From: Macrostomum lignano
Lineage: Eukaryota
Direction: 5' to 3'
Assembly: GCA_002269645.1 (NCBI GenBank)
Contig: NIVC01002383.1
Span: 33,587-97,586, forward strand
Length of the DNA stretch: 64,000 bases
Shown here: piece after piece, positions 1 to 14,355 of the stretch
How the letters are laid out: every line of letters begins with the position of its first letter
Numbering within the stretch: the first letter of the stretch is position 1
Translations under genes and position numbers: made by a program
The notes under the pieces: generated by a model
The model's input: the letters and a program-made list of their open reading frames with translations, nothing else
The model's database searches: none
Told to the model about the DNA's origin: nothing

Positions 1-1357
1 TCCAATATAAGTTTCAACGCTGAGTTGCAAGTATTCTAGGAGGAGTTATGCAACAGACAAACAAACACACAAACATCGCACCAACTTTAGTATATACGAG
101 TGGAACTCCTCCTTCGGAGGAGAAAGGGGAAGAACTCCCATCACCGGAATTCTATTCCCTGAAATATCCATCAACTGAAATTCCATGTCTTTAACCCTAT
201 CTTCCAAATCGTCTCCAAATTCTTTACAAAATCTTTCAAAGACCATAGCTCAAAGACTCTCAAGTCTCTCATATCTCCTCTCTCCTCTCTCTCATCTCAT
301 CTCTACCCATGCTCCCTTATTTATCTCTTCTCCCTCGTCTTTCGTCTGTACCTTCTCCTGTCTTCTGTCTCCTCTCTTCACTCTTATCTCTCCTCTTCTC
401 TCCTCTCTCATATGTCATCTCTACTCACTTATCTATCGTCTCTCTTAACCCTCTCTCTCTCTTCTCTTTTCTCTTCTCTCTGCTCTCATTTCTCATATTT
501 CATATACGCTCTGACACTACTTTCTTGTCTCCCATCTTTCTTCCTCCTTTTCACTATCCCCTGTCTCTTCTCTTCTCTCTTTTCTATTCTCTCCATTCTC
601 TCTTTTCTCCTTTCCTTGCTCCTTTCATCTCTCTCCTCTCTCCTCACTCTCTTCTCCTTTCGCTTCTCTCTCCTCTCTCTCCTCTCATCTTTACTACCTT
701 ATTTATATCTTCTCCCTAGTCTTTCGTCTGTACTCTCTCCTGTCTCCTCTCTCCCTCCTCTCTCATCCCTCATCTCCTCATCTCACTCTTTCTTTCTCCT
801 CTACTCTCCCCTCTCTTCTATTGCCTCTGTACGCTCTTATCCCTCATCTATTCTCTCTCCTATCATCTCCAATCTGTCATGTCTAATCTCTCCACTCAAT
901 TATACTCTGTTTTCTATCATCTCTTCTCTCTTCTCTTTTCAGTCTTCTCTTTACTCTCTTCTCTGACTGATTGAAGATGCCAAATCCATCAAGATCCTCT
1001 CCGCGAAGCAAAAATCCTGTCTGTGCAACTAAAAACCATCGAAATCCTCTCAGTGAAACTGGACTCCTTCGAAATCCTCTCCTTGAAACTTAAATCCATC
1101 AAAATTGTTTCCATAAAACAGAAATCAATCATAAATTATCTCCGCGAAACAGAAAGCCTCTCCGTGAAGCTGAACATGATCGAAATCCTCTCCGTGAAAC
1201 TGAACACCATGGAAATCCTTTCGTGAAACTGAACATCATCGAAATCCTCTCCACGAAACAGAAATCTTCTCCGTCAGAATTTAAACATTGAAATCGTCTC
1301 CGCTAAACTTGACTTAATCGAATTTTTTCCGTCAAACAACTCAACTCGCCAGATTCA

Positions 1358-1391
1358 TTAGGGTTAGGGTTAGGGTTAGGGTTAGGGTTAG
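1358..1391 (+). repeat. (TTAGGG)5+TTAG tract T1
   Basis: Read directly; flanks GCCAGATTCA / AACTACGCAC (L-type junction). Confidence 0.97.
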
Positions 1392-2482
1392 AACTACGCA
1401 CAGCTTCGTGTTAAAAGGCACAGATAAAAATATTGAACTAATTGAATCAATTCATTGCGCAACCGATTTCACAGTCAGTCAGTATCAGCCTCAGGTAAAG
1501 TTAACAAAAACATTGCGCAATCTAAATCAACCCTCCAATACACAGCAGCAGTGAGAAGTTGAACCCTCCCCCCAACAATCTTTGCAGATTAAAGTACAAT
1601 CTTTGCAGAAAGTTAAAGCTGTGCTTTTTCTTTTCATATTTAAAGCAAACAACTTATATCCCCGAACTCAGCGTTGCAAGATCTTGCCAGCAATATAAGT
1701 TTCTCCTCTCAAAGTTTAAAACTCGAGGAACAGTTAGCGTTTGAAACTGTCTGATTTATAGCATTGAAGTATCGAGTGTACGTTCACTGCCTGCTTGCAA
1801 GTTGATGCATTGAATTTCAATGTCCAACAAATACACAGGACTGCCCATTGAAAGGCAGGAAAACTTATCAGTAGCCATATCATTGCGCAATTATCTATAG
1901 TCAAGTCAGCCAAGTGAAGAAAACGCACACTGCAGAGATAGGGAAAAGTTGTGGCGCAATCACTAAAAATTCATGCATTTTCAGCTCCAAGCAGAAAGAG
2001 GGGACAATTAAGATTATTAAAGGTCAAGACCGCCGTTTTCTGCTTTTTTGAGGATCTTAGAAATTAAAATTTCAGAATTAAAATAGCCTATAGCCGACCT
2101 CGGATAATTTCCAATCTTCCCATATAAGTTTCAACGCTGAGTTGCCACTATTCAAGGAGGAGTTGTCGAAATGACACACACACACAGACAGACAAACAAC
2201 ACGTCAACTTTAGTATATACGAGGCCAACTCCTCCTTCGGAGAAGAAAGGGGAAGAACTCCAATCAGCGGAATTCCATTCCCTGAACTCCATCAGCGGAA
2301 TCCCATTTTCCAACACCTCTCCGCGCAACAGAAATCGTCTCCGTGAAACTGAACACTATCGAAATCCTCTCCGTGAAACTGAACACCATCGAAATATTCT
2401 CCGCGAAATAGAAATCCTCTCCGTGAAACTGGACTAAATCGAAATTTCTACGTCAAACAGCCCAGCTCTCAGAATTCATTGG

Positions 2483-2504
2483 TTAGGGTTAGGGTTAGGG
2501 TTAG
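2483..2504 (+). repeat. (TTAGGG)3+TTAG tract T2
   Basis: Read directly; flanks CAGAATTCATTGG / AGCTACACAC (S-type junction). Confidence 0.97.
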
Positions 2505-3714
2505 AGCTACACACAGCTGCGTGTTGAAAGGCGCCGTAAAAACATTGAACCAATTAAATTGCGCAACTTATTTCTCAGGCAGTCAGTATCAGCCTCAGTT
2601 AAAGTTAACAAAAAGATTGCGCAATCTAAATCAACCCTCAAATACACAGCAACCGACCCCCTTCCAATACGCAGTGCAGCTAGAAATTGAACCCCCCCAC
2701 CAACTATTGGGGGGTCGGTCGAACCCCCATTGAACTCCAAAATGAGCACAATCTTTGCAGAAAGCTAAAAGTATGAAAATCTTTTCTTGAATGCTGTGAA
2801 TTTAATTTTCATATTTAAAGCAAAAAACTTATATCCCCGAACTCATTGCAGCAAGATCTTTCCAGCAATATAAGTCTCTCCTCTCTAAGTTCAAAACTCG
2901 AGCAACAGTTAGTGTTTGAAACTTTCTGATTTTAAGCATTGAAATATCGAGTGTACGTTCACTGCCTGCTAAAGATGCTCGCAAGTTTATGCATTAAAAT
3001 GCACTGAATTTCACTGTGCAAAAAATACACAGGGCTTCCTGTTAAAAAACAGAACACAAATAGTTGCGCAATTGTCTATAAAGTCAGTCAGTGAGCCAGG
3101 GTTCAAGTGTACACACGCAGCCACTGAGAACGCGACCATTCCCCCACTTGAGAGAAAATACACTGCCAAGATAGAAAAATTTTATGGCGCAATCACTAAA
3201 ATTGATGCAAATTTTCAGCTCCAAGCAGAAAGAGGGGACAATTAAGATTATCAAAGGTCAAGACCGCCATTTTCTGCTTTTTTAGGGATCTTAAAAATTG
3301 AAAATGAAAGATTAAAATAGCCTAAAGCCATCCTCGGAAAATTTGCAGTTTTCCCATATAAGTTTCAACGCTGACTTGCAAGTATTCTAGGAGGAGTTAT
3401 CCAACAAACACACACACACACAGACAAACAACGCACCAACTTTAGTATTAACGAGGCCAACTCCTCCTTCGGAGAAGAAAGGGGAAGAACTCCAATCAGC
3501 GGAATTCCATTCCCTGAACTCCATCAGCGGAATCCCATTTTCCAACACCTCTCCGCGCAACAGAAATCGTCTCCGTGAAACTGAACACTATCGAAATCCT
3601 CTCCGTGAAACTGAACACCATCGAAATATTCTCCGCGAAATAGAAATCCTCTCCGTGAAACTGGACTAAATCGAAATTTCTACGTCAAACAGCCCAGCTC
3701 TCAGAATTCATTGG

Positions 3715-3730
3715 TTAGGGTTAGGGTTAG
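3715..3730 (+). repeat. (TTAGGG)2+TTAG tract T3
   Basis: Read directly; S-type junction. Confidence 0.95.
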
Positions 3731-4908
3731 AGCTACACACAGCTGCGTGTTGAAAGGCGCCGTAAAAACATTGAACCAATTAAATTGCGCAACTTATTTC
3801 TCAGGCAGTCAGTATCAGCGTCGGTTAAAGTTAACAAAAAGATTGCGCAATCTAAATCAACCCTCCAATACACAGCAACCGACCCCCTTCCAATACGCAG
3901 TGCAGCTAGAAATTGAACCCCCCTACCAACTATTGGGGGGTCGGTCGAACCCCCATTGAACTCCAAAATGAGCAAATCTTTGCAGAAAGCTAAAAGTATG
4001 AAAATCTTTTCTTGAATGCTGTGAATTTAATTTTCATATTTAAAGCAAAAAACTTATATCCCCGAACTCATCGCAGCAAGATCTTTCCAGCAATATAAGT
4101 CTCTCCTCTCTAAGTTCAAAACTCGAGCAACAGTTAGTGTTTGAAACTTTCTGATTTTAAGCATTGAAATATCGAGTGTACGTTCACTGCCTGCTAAAGA
4201 TGCTCGCAAGTTTATGCATTAAAATGCACTGAATTTCACTGTGCAAAAAATACACAGGGCTTCCTGTTAAAATAAAGTCAGCCAGTGAGCCAGGGTCCGA
4301 TTGTACACACGCCGCCAATGAGAACGCGCCCATTCCCCCACAGGAGAGAAAATGCACTGGCGACATAGGAAAAAGTTGTGGCGTAATCACTCAAAATTTA
4401 TGCCAATTTTCAGCTCCGAGCAGAAAGAGGGGACAAATAAAATTATCAAAGGTCAGAATTGCTGCTTCCTGCTTTTTTAGGGATCTTAAAATTTTAAAAA
4501 TGAAAGATTAAAATAGCCTAAAGCCATCCTCGGAAAATTTGCAGTTTTCCCATATAAGTTTCAACGCTGAGTTGCAAGTATTCTAGGAGGAGTTATCCAA
4601 CAAACACACATACATACAGACAAACAACGCACCAGTTTTAGTATTAAAGGCCAACTCCTCCTTCGGAGAAGAAAGGGGAAGAACTCCAATCAGCGGAATT
4701 CCATTCCCTGAACTCCATCAGCGGAATCCCATTTTCCAACACCTCTCCGCGCAACAGAAATCGTCTCCGTGAAACTGAACACTATCGAAATCCTCTCCGT
4801 GAAACTGAACACCATCGAAATATTCTCCGCGAAATAGAAATCCTCTCCGTGAAACTGGACTAAATCGAAATTTCTACGTCAAACAGCCCAGCTCTCAGAA
4901 TTCATTGG

Positions 4909-4930
4909 TTAGGGTTAGGGTTAGGGTTAG
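4909..4930 (+). repeat. (TTAGGG)3+TTAG tract T4
   Basis: Read directly; S-type junction. Confidence 0.97.
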
Positions 4931-7132
4931 AGCTACACACAGCTGCGTGTTGAAAGGCGCCGTAAAAACATTGAACCAATTAAATTGCGCAACTTATTTC
5001 TCAGGCAGTCAGTATCAGCCTCAGTTAAAGTTAACAAAAAGATTGCGCAATCTAAATCAACCCTCCAATACACAGCAACCGACCCCCTTCCAATACGCAG
5101 TGCAGCTAGAAATTGAACCCCCCCCACCAACTATTGGGGGGTCGGTCGAACCCCCATTGAACTCCAAAATGAGAACAATCTTTGCAGAAAGCTAAAAGTA
5201 TGAAAATCTTTTCTTGAATGCTGTGAATTTAATTTTCATATTTAAAGCAAAAAACTTATATCCCCGAACTCAGCGCTGCAAGCTCTTTCCAGCAATAAAG
5301 TCTCTCTCTCAAAGTTCAAAATCGAGCAACAGTTAGCGTTTGAAACTTTCTGATTTTAAGCATTGAAATATCGAGTGTACTTCACTGCCTGCTAAAGATG
5401 CTCGCGAGTTTATGCATTAAAATGCACTGAATTTCACTGTGCAAAAAATACACAGGGCTTCCTGTTAAAAAACAGAACACAAATAGTTGCGCAATTGTCT
5501 ATAAAGTCAGCCAGTGAGCCAGGGTCCGATTGTACACACGCCGCCAATGAGAACGCGCCCATTCCCCCACAGGAGAGAAAATGCACTGGCGACATAGGAA
5601 AAAGTTGTGGCGTAATCACTCAAAATTTATGCAATTTTCAGCTCCGAGCAGAAAAAGTGTCCAGAGAAGGTTAGGAAATCAGATTTCTGCTTTTTTAGGG
5701 ATCTTAAAATTAAAAAATGAAAGATTAAAACAGCCTAAAGCCGATTCCGGAAAATTTGCAGTATTCCCATATAAGTTTCAACGCTGAGTTGCACGTAGTC
5801 TAGGAGGAGATATCCTACAAACAAACAGACAAACAAACAAACAAACAACGCACCAACTTTAGTATTAAGAGAGTGGAACTCCTCCTTCGGAGGAGAAAGG
5901 GGAAGAACTCCCATCACCGGAATTCTATTCCCTGAAATATCCATCAACTGAAATTCCATGTCTTTAACCCTATCTTCCAAATCGTCTCCAAATTCTTTAC
6001 AAAATCTTTCAAAGACCATAGCTCAAAGACTCTCAAGTCTCTCATATCTCCTCTCTCCTCTCTCTCATCTCATCTCTACCCCTGCTCCCTTATTTATCTC
6101 TTCTCCCTCGTCTTTCGTCTGTACCTTCTCCTGTCTTCTGTCTCCTCTCTTCACTCTTATCTCTCCCTCTTCTCTCCTCTCTCATATGTCATCTCTACTC
6201 ACTTATCTATCGTCTCTCTTAACCCTCTCTCTCTCTTCTCTTTTCTCTTCTCTCTGCTCTCATTTCTCATATTTCATATACGCTCTGACACTACTTTCTT
6301 GTCTCCCATCTTTCTTCCTCCTTTTCACTATCCCCTGTCTCTTCTCTTCTCTCTTTTCTATTCTCTCCATTCTCTCTTTTCTCATTTCCTTGCTCCTTTC
6401 ATCTCTCTCCTCTCTCCTCACTCTCTTCTCCTTTCGCTTCTCTCTCCTCTCTCTCCTCTCATCTTTACTACCTTATTTATATCTTCTCCTTAGTCTTTCG
6501 TCTGTACTCTCTCCTGTCTCCTCTCTCCCCTGCTCTCTCATCCCTCATCTCCTCATCTCACTCTTTCTTTCTCCTCTACTCTCCCCTCTCTTATATTGCC
6601 TCTGTACGCTCTTATCCCTCATCTATTCTCTCTCCTATCATCTCCAATCTGTCATGTCTAATCTCTCCACTCAATTATACTCTGTTTTCTATCATCTCTT
6701 CTCTCTTCTCTTTTCAGTCTTCTCTTTACTCTCTTCTCTGACTGATTGAAGATGCCAAATCCATCAAGATCCTCTCCGCGAAGCAAAAATCCTGTCTGTG
6801 CAACTAAAAACCATCGAAATCCTCTCAGTGAAACTGGACTCCTTCGAAATCCTCTCCTTGAAACTTAAATCCATCAAAATTGTTTCCATAAAACAGAAAT
6901 CAATCATAAATTATCTCCGCGAAACAGAAAGCCTCTCCGTGAAGCTGAACATGATCGAAATCCTCTCCGTGAAACTGAACACCATGGAAATCCTTTCGTG
7001 AAACTGAACATCATCGAAATCCTCTCCACGAAACAGAAATCTTCTCCGTCAGAATCTAAACATTGAAATCGTCTCCGTTAAACTTGACTTAATCGAATTT
7101 TTTCCGTCAAACAACTCAACTCGCCAGATTCA

Positions 7133-7166
7133 TTAGGGTTAGGGTTAGGGTTAGGGTTAGGGTTAG
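7133..7166 (+). repeat. (TTAGGG)5+TTAG tract T5
   Basis: Read directly; L-type junction. Confidence 0.97.
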
Positions 7167-10100
7167 AACTACGCACAGCTTCGTGTTAAAAGGCACAGAT
7201 AAAAATATTGAACTAATTGAATCAATTCATTGCGCAACCGATTTCACAGTCAGTATCAGTCTCAGTTAAATTTAACCAAAAGATTGCGCAATTTAAATCA
7301 ACCCTCCAGTACACAGAGACCGACCCCTTTTCAATACGCTGTGGCAGTTAGAAATTGAACCCCCATCTGTTGGGGGCATTGAACCAAAAAATGAGTACAA
7401 TCTTTGCATAAAGCTAAAAGTATGGAAATAGTTTTTTTGATGCTGCTCTTTTAGTCTTTATATTGAAAGCTAACAATTTATATCCTCGAACTCAGCATTG
7501 CAAGATCTTTTCAGCAGTATAAGTCTCTTCTCTTAAAGTTTAGAACTCGAAGAGCAGTTAGCGTTTGAAAGTTTCCGTTTTAAAGCATTAAAATATCGAG
7601 TGTACGTTCACTGCCTGCCAAAGAGGCTCGCAAGTTGATTCATTCATTACACAGGCTGGCTATTACACAGGGCAGCGTATTGAAAGGCACAGATAATAAA
7701 ACAAATTGATGGTGCAACCGATTTCACAGTCAGTCAGTATCAGTCTCAGTTAAAGTTAACAAAAACATTGCGCAATCTAAATCAACCCTCCAATACACAG
7801 CAGCAGTGAGAAGTTGAACCCTCCCCCCAACTTTATCTATTACGTCTCGCAAAACTGAGCACAATTTTTGCAGAAAGTTAAAAGCATGGAAATAGTTTTT
7901 TCAATGCTGGCTTTTTCTTTACACATTTAAAGCAAACAACTTATATCCCCGAACTCAGCGTTGCAAGATCTTTCCAGCAATATAAGTTTCTCCTCTGAAA
8001 GTTTAAAACTCGAGGAACAGTTAGCGTTTGAATTTACCAATTTCCCGACTACTTGCTAGAGAAGCTCGCAAGTTTATTCATTGAATTTCACTGCCAAACT
8101 AATACACAGGGCCGATAATAAAAAATGAACCAATTGAATCAATTGATTGTGCAATATATTTCTGTGTTAGTCAGTATCAGTCTCAGTTAAAGTTAACAAA
8201 CAGATTGCGCAATCTAAATCAACCCTCAAATACACACCGACCGACCTCCTAACTGTTGGGGGGTCGGTCGAACGCCATTGAAATCCTAAAATGAGTACAA
8301 TCTTTGCAGAAAGTTTAAAGTATGGAAATAGTTTTTGCAATGCAGAGCTTTTAGTTTTCATATTTGAAGCAAACAATTTATATCCCTGAAATCAGCTTTG
8401 CAAGTTCTTTCCAGCAATATAAATTTTTTCTCTCAAAGTTAAAAACTCGAGCAACAGTTTGCGTTTGAAACTTTCTGATTTAAAGCATTGAAATATCGAT
8501 TGTACGTTCACTGCCTGCTAAAGAGGCCCGCAAGTTTATGCATTGAATTTCAAGGTTCAACAAAATCACAGGGCTGCCTATTGAAAATTAGAACACAAAT
8601 CTTTGCGCAATTGTCTATACAGTCAGCCAGTGAGCCAGGGTCCGATTGTACACAGGCAGCCATTTAGAACGCCCCATCCCCCCACTGGAGAGAAAATACA
8701 CTGCAGAGATAGGGAAAAGTTGTGGCGCAATCACTTGAAATTCATGCAAATTTTCAGCTCCAAGCAGAAAGAGGGGACAATTAAGATTATCAAAGGTCAA
8801 GACCGCCGTTTTCTGCTTTTTTGAGGATCTTAGAAATTAAAATTTCAGAATTAAAATAGCCTATAGCCGACCTCGGATAATTTCCAATCTTCCCATATAA
8901 GTTTCAACGCTGAGTTGCACTATTCAAGGAGGAGTTGTCGAAATGACACACACACAGACAGACAGACAAACAACGCGTCAACTTTAGTATATACGAGTGG
9001 AACTCCTCCTTCGGAGGAGAAAGGGGAAGAACTCCCATCACCGGAATTCTATTCCCTGAAATATCCATCAACTGAAATTCCATGTCTTTAACCCTATCTT
9101 CCAAATCGTCTCCAAATTCTTTACAAAATCTTTCAAAGACCATAGCTCAAAGACTCTCAAGTCTCTCATATCTCCTCTCTCCTCTCTCTCATCTCATCTC
9201 TACCCCTGCTCCCTTATTTATCTCTTCTCCCTCGTCTTTCGTCTGTACCTTCTCCTGTCTTCTGTCTCCTCTCTTCACTCTTATCTCTCCCTCTTCTCTC
9301 CTCTCTCATATGTCATCTCTACTCACTTATCTATCGTCTCTCTTAACCCTCTCTCTCTCTTCTCTTTTCTCTTCTCTCTGCTCTCATTTCTCATATTTCA
9401 TATACGCTCTGACACTACTTTCTTGTCTCCCATCTTTCTTCCTCCTTTTCACTATCCCCTGTCTCTTCTCTTCTCTCTTTTCTATTCTCTCCATTCTCTC
9501 TTTTCTCCTTTCCTTGCTCCTTTCATCTCTCTCCTCTCTCCTCACTCTCTTCTCCTTTCGCTTCTCTCTCCTCTCTCTCCTCTCATCTTTACTACCTTAT
9601 TTATATCTTCTCCCTAGTCTTTCGTCTGTACTCTCTCCTGTCTCCTCTCTCCCCTCCTCTCTCATCCCTCATCTCCTCATCTCACTCTTTCTTTCTCCTC
9701 TACTCTCCCCTCTCTTCTATTGCCTCTGTACGCTCTTATCCCTCATCTATTCTCTCTCCTATCATCTCCAATCTGTCATGTCTAATCTCTCCACTCAATT
9801 ATACTCTGTTTTCTATCATCTCTTCTCTCTTCTCTTTTCAGTCTTCTCTTTACTCTCTTCTCTGACTGATTGAAGATGCCAAATCCATCAAGATCCTCTC
9901 CGCGAAGCAAAAATCCTGTCTGTGCAACTAAAAACCATCGAAATCCTCTCAGTGAAACTGGACTCCTTCGAAATCCTCTCCTTGAAACTTAAATCCATCA
10001 AAATTGTTTCCATAAAACAGAAATCAATCATAAATTATCTCCGCGAAACAGAAAGCCTCTCCGTGAAGCTGAACATGATCGAAATCCTCTCCGTGAAACT

Positions 10101-10256
10101 GAACACCATGGAAATCCTTTCGTGAAACTGAACATCATCGAAATCCTCTCCACGAAACAGAAATCTTCTCCGTCAGAATTTAAACATTGAAATCGTCTCC
10201 GCTAAACTTGACTTAATCGAATTTTTTCCGTCAAACAACTCAACTCGCCAGATTCA

Positions 10257-10290
10257 TTAGGGTTAGGGTTAGGGTTAGGGTTAGGGTTAG
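10257..10290 (+). repeat. (TTAGGG)5+TTAG tract T6
   Basis: Read directly; L-type junction. Confidence 0.97.
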
Positions 10291-12507
10291 AACTACGCAC
10301 AGCTTCGTGTTAAAAGGCACAGATAAAAATATTGAACTAATTGAATCAATTCATTGCGCAACCGATTTCACAGTCAGTCAGTATCAGCCTCAGGTAAAGT
10401 TAACAAAAACATTGCGCAATCTAAATCAACCCTCCAATACACAGCAGCAGTGAGAAGTTGAACCCTCCCCCCAACTTTATCTATTACGTCTTGCAAAACT
10501 GAGTACAATATTTGCAAAAGTTAAAAGTATGGAAATAGTTTTTCAAATGCTGTGCTTTTTCTTTTCATATTTAAAGCAAACAACTTATATCCCCGAACTC
10601 AGCGTTGCAAGATCTTGCCAGCAATATAAGTTTCTCCTCTCAAAGTTTAAAACTCGAGGAACAGTTAGCGTTTGAAACTGTCTGATTTATAGCATTGAAG
10701 TATCGAGTGTACGTTCACTGCCTGCTTGCAAGTTGATGCATTGAATTTCAATGTCCAACAAATACACAGGACTGCCCATTGAAAGGCAGGAAAACTTATC
10801 AGTAGCCATATCATTGCGCAATTATCTATAAGTCAGCCAGTGAGCCAGGGTCCAAGTGTACACACGCAGCCACTGAGAACGCTCCCACCCCCCACTGGAG
10901 AGAAAATACACTACAGAGATAGGGAAAAGTTGTGGCGCAATCACAAAAAATTCATGCATTTTTCAGCTCCAAGCAGAAAGAGGGGACAATTAAGATTATC
11001 AAAGGTCAAGATTCAAGTTTTCTGCTTTTTTGAGGATCTTAGAAATTAAAATTTCAGAATTAAAATAGCCTATAGCCGACCTCGGATAATTTCCAATCTT
11101 CCCATATAAGTTTCAACGCTGAGTTGGCACTATTCAAGGGGGAGTTGTCGAAACGACACACACACACACAGACAGACAAACAACACGTCAACTTTAGTAT
11201 ATACGAGTGGAACTCCTCCTTCGGAGGAGAAAGGGGAAGAACTCCCATCACCGGAATTCCATTCCCTGAAATATCCATCAACTGAAATTCTATGTTTTGA
11301 ACCCTATCTTCCAAATGGTCTCCAAATTCTTTACAAAACTTTTCAAAGACCTTTTCAAAGACCTTTACAAAACTTTTCTCCCTCTCTTGACTCTCTTCTC
11401 TCTCCTCTCTCTCATCTCATCTCTACCCCTACTCCCTTATTTATCTCTTCTCCCTCGTCTTTCGTCTGTACCCTCTCCTGTCTCTTGTCCCGTCTCTTCT
11501 CTCTTATCTCTCCCTCTTCTCTCCTCTCTCATATGTCATCTCTACTCACTTATCTATCGTCTCTCTTAACCCTCTCTCTCTTCTCTTTTTTCTTCTCTCT
11601 GCTCTCATTTCTCATATCTCATATACGCTCTCACACTCTACTTTCTTGTCTCCCATCTTTCTTTCCTCCTTACCACTATCCCCTGTCTCTTCTCTTCTCT
11701 CTTTTTTATTCTCTCCATTCTCTCTTTTCTCCTCTCCCTGCTCCTTTCATCTTCTCCCCGCTCTTCTCTAATCTCTAATCTCTTCTCTCTTATGTTCTCA
11801 CTCATCTCTTCTCATCGCATCTTTCATCTCTCCTCTCTCCTCTCTCTCTTCTCCTTTCGCTTCTCTCTCCTCTCTCTCTCCTCTCATCTCTACTACCTTA
11901 TTTATATCTTCTCCCTGGTATTTCGTCTGTACTCGCTCCTGTCTCCTTTCTCCCCTCTTTTCTCCTCTCTTCTCTCTTCTTTCCTCTCTCATCTCTCATC
12001 CCTCATCTCACTCTTTCTTTCTCCTCGACTCTCCCCTCTCTTCTATTTCCTCTGTTCGCTCTTATCTCTCATCTATTCTCTCTCCTATTATCTCTCTTGT
12101 CTCCCTCTGCTATCTCATATCTCCCCTCTCATCTCCTCTCTCCTCTTCTCTTCTCTCTCCTTCGTTCCCGCCTTACTTCCCTCTTCTCTCCCATCTGTCA
12201 TGTCTAATTTCTCCACTCATTTCTCCTCTGTTTTCTACCCACTCATCTCTCTTCTTTTTTCATTCTTCTCTTTACTCTCTTCTCTGACTGATTGAAGATG
12301 CCAAATCCATCAAGATCCTCTCCGCGAAGCAGTCTGTGCAACTGAAAACCATCGAAATCCTCTCCGTGAAACTGAAGACCATCGAAATCCTCTCCGCGAA
12401 ACAGAAATCCTCTCCGTGAAACTGAAAACCATCGAAATTCTCTCTTTAAAACTGGACTCAATCGAAATTTTCTCCGTCAAAAAGAATAAAATATCAGAAT
12501 TCATTGG

Positions 12508-12540
12508 TTAGGGTTAGGGTTAGGGTTAGGGTTAGGGTTA
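12508..12540 (+). repeat. (TTAGGG)5+TTA tract T7
   Basis: Read directly; S-like flanks (CAGAATTCATTGG / AAGCTACAC) but preceded by a CT-rich tract. Confidence 0.97.
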
Positions 12541-14355
12541 AAGCTACACACATCTGCGTGTCCAAATAAAAAAATTGAACCAATTGAATCAATTGATTGC
12601 GCAACTGATTTCTCAGTCAGTCAGTATCAGTCTCAGTTAAAGTTAACAAAAAGATTGCGCAATCTAAATCAACCCTCCAGTACACAGAGACTGACCCCTT
12701 TTCAATACGCAGTGGCAGTTAGAAATTGAACCCCCAACTGTTGGGGGCATTGAACTAAAAATGAGTACAATCTTTGCAGAAAGTTAAAAGTATGAAAGTT
12801 TTTCAAATGCTGTGTTTTTCTTTCATATTTAAAGCAAACAACTTATATCCCGAACTCAGCGTTGCAAGTTCTTTCCAGCAATATAAATTTTTTCTCTCAA
12901 AGTTAAAAACTCGAGCAACAGTTTGCGTTTGAAACTTTCTGATTTAAAGCATTAAAATATCAATTGTACGTTCACTGCCTGCTAAAGAGGCCCGCAAGTT
13001 TATGCATTGAATTTCAAGGTTCAACAAAATCACAGGGCTGCCTATTGAAAATTAGAACACAAATCTTTGCGCAATTGTCTATAAAGTCAGCCGGTGAGCC
13101 AGGGTCCGATTGTACACAGGCAGCCATTTAGAACGCCCCATCCCCCCACTGGAGAGAAAATACACTGCAGAGATAGGGAAAAGTTGTGGCGCAATCACTT
13201 GAAATTCATGCAAATTTTCAGCTCCAAGCAGAAAGAGGGGACAATTAAGATTATCAAAGTCAAGACCGCCGTTTTCTGCTTTTTTGAGGATCTTAGAAAT
13301 TAAAATTTCAGAATTAAAATAGCCTATAGCCGACCTCGGATAATTTCCAATCTTCCCATATAAGTTTCAACGCTGAGTTGCCACTATTCAAGGAGGAGTT
13401 GTCGAAATGACAGACAGACAAACAACGCGTCAACTTTAGTATATAAGTGGAACTCCTCCTCTGGAGGAGAAATGGGAAGAACTCCCATCACCGGAATTCT
13501 GAAGGGGAAGAACTCCCATCACCGGAATTCTGAAGGGGAAGAACTCCTATCAGCTGAAATTCAATGAATTGAATCCCATCTTCCAAATCATCTCCAAATC
13601 CTCTACAATCTATCAACTCCCATCTCTCAACTCTTGCGGCCTGCGCTCTGATTTTTATTCTTACTCTCTTCTTTCTCCTCACTAATTACTTCTCTCTGCA
13701 CTTTTATCTCTCTCATCTCTATCTTCCATCTCTCTTCTCCCTCCTCTCTCCCCTGCTCTCTCATCCCTCATCTCCTCATCTCACTCTTTCTTTCTCCTCT
13801 ACTCTCCCTTCTCTTCTATTGCCTCTGTACGCTCTTATCCCTCATTTATTCTCTCTCCTATCATCTCCAATCTGTCATGTCTAATCTCTCCACTCAATTA
13901 TACTCTGTTTTCTATCATCTCTTCTCTCTTCTCTTCTCAGTCTTCTCTTTACTCTCTTCTCTGACTGATTGAAGATGCCAAATCCATCAAGATCCTCTCC
14001 GCGAAGCAAAAATCCTGTCTGTGCAACTAAAAACCATCGAAATCCTCTCAGTGAAACTGGACTCCTTCGAAATCCTCTCCTTGAAACTTAAATCCATCAA
14101 AATTGTTTCCATAAAACAGAAATCAATCATAAATTATCTCCGCGAAACAGAAAGCCTCTCCGTGAAGCTGAACATGATCAAAATCCTCTCCGTGAAACTG
14201 AACACCATGGAAATCCTTTCGTGAAACTGAACATCATCGAAATCCTCTCCACGAAACAGAAATCTTCTCCGTCAGAATTTAAACATTGAAATCGTCTCCG
14301 CTAAACTTGACTTAATCGAATTTTTTCCGTCAAACAACTCAACTCGCCAGATTCA

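Noticed and set aside
1039-1260. ~30-bp repeats as a CRISPR array or as a coding DGVQFHGEDF decapeptide repeat
   Set aside because: No unique spacers and a eukaryotic context; interspersed ~19-nt units break the reading frame.
960-2500. Hammerhead ribozyme or retrozyme explanation for the array
   Set aside because: No CTGANGA core found on either strand in the units I inspected (CTGATTGA is the closest). An Infernal search would be needed to exclude it fully.
185-14224. Many Ser/Leu-rich and other short ORFs in the array (e.g. 5958-6749, 9082-9873)
   Set aside because: Translations of CT-rich low-complexity DNA and tandem repeats; no domains, and frames differ between copies.
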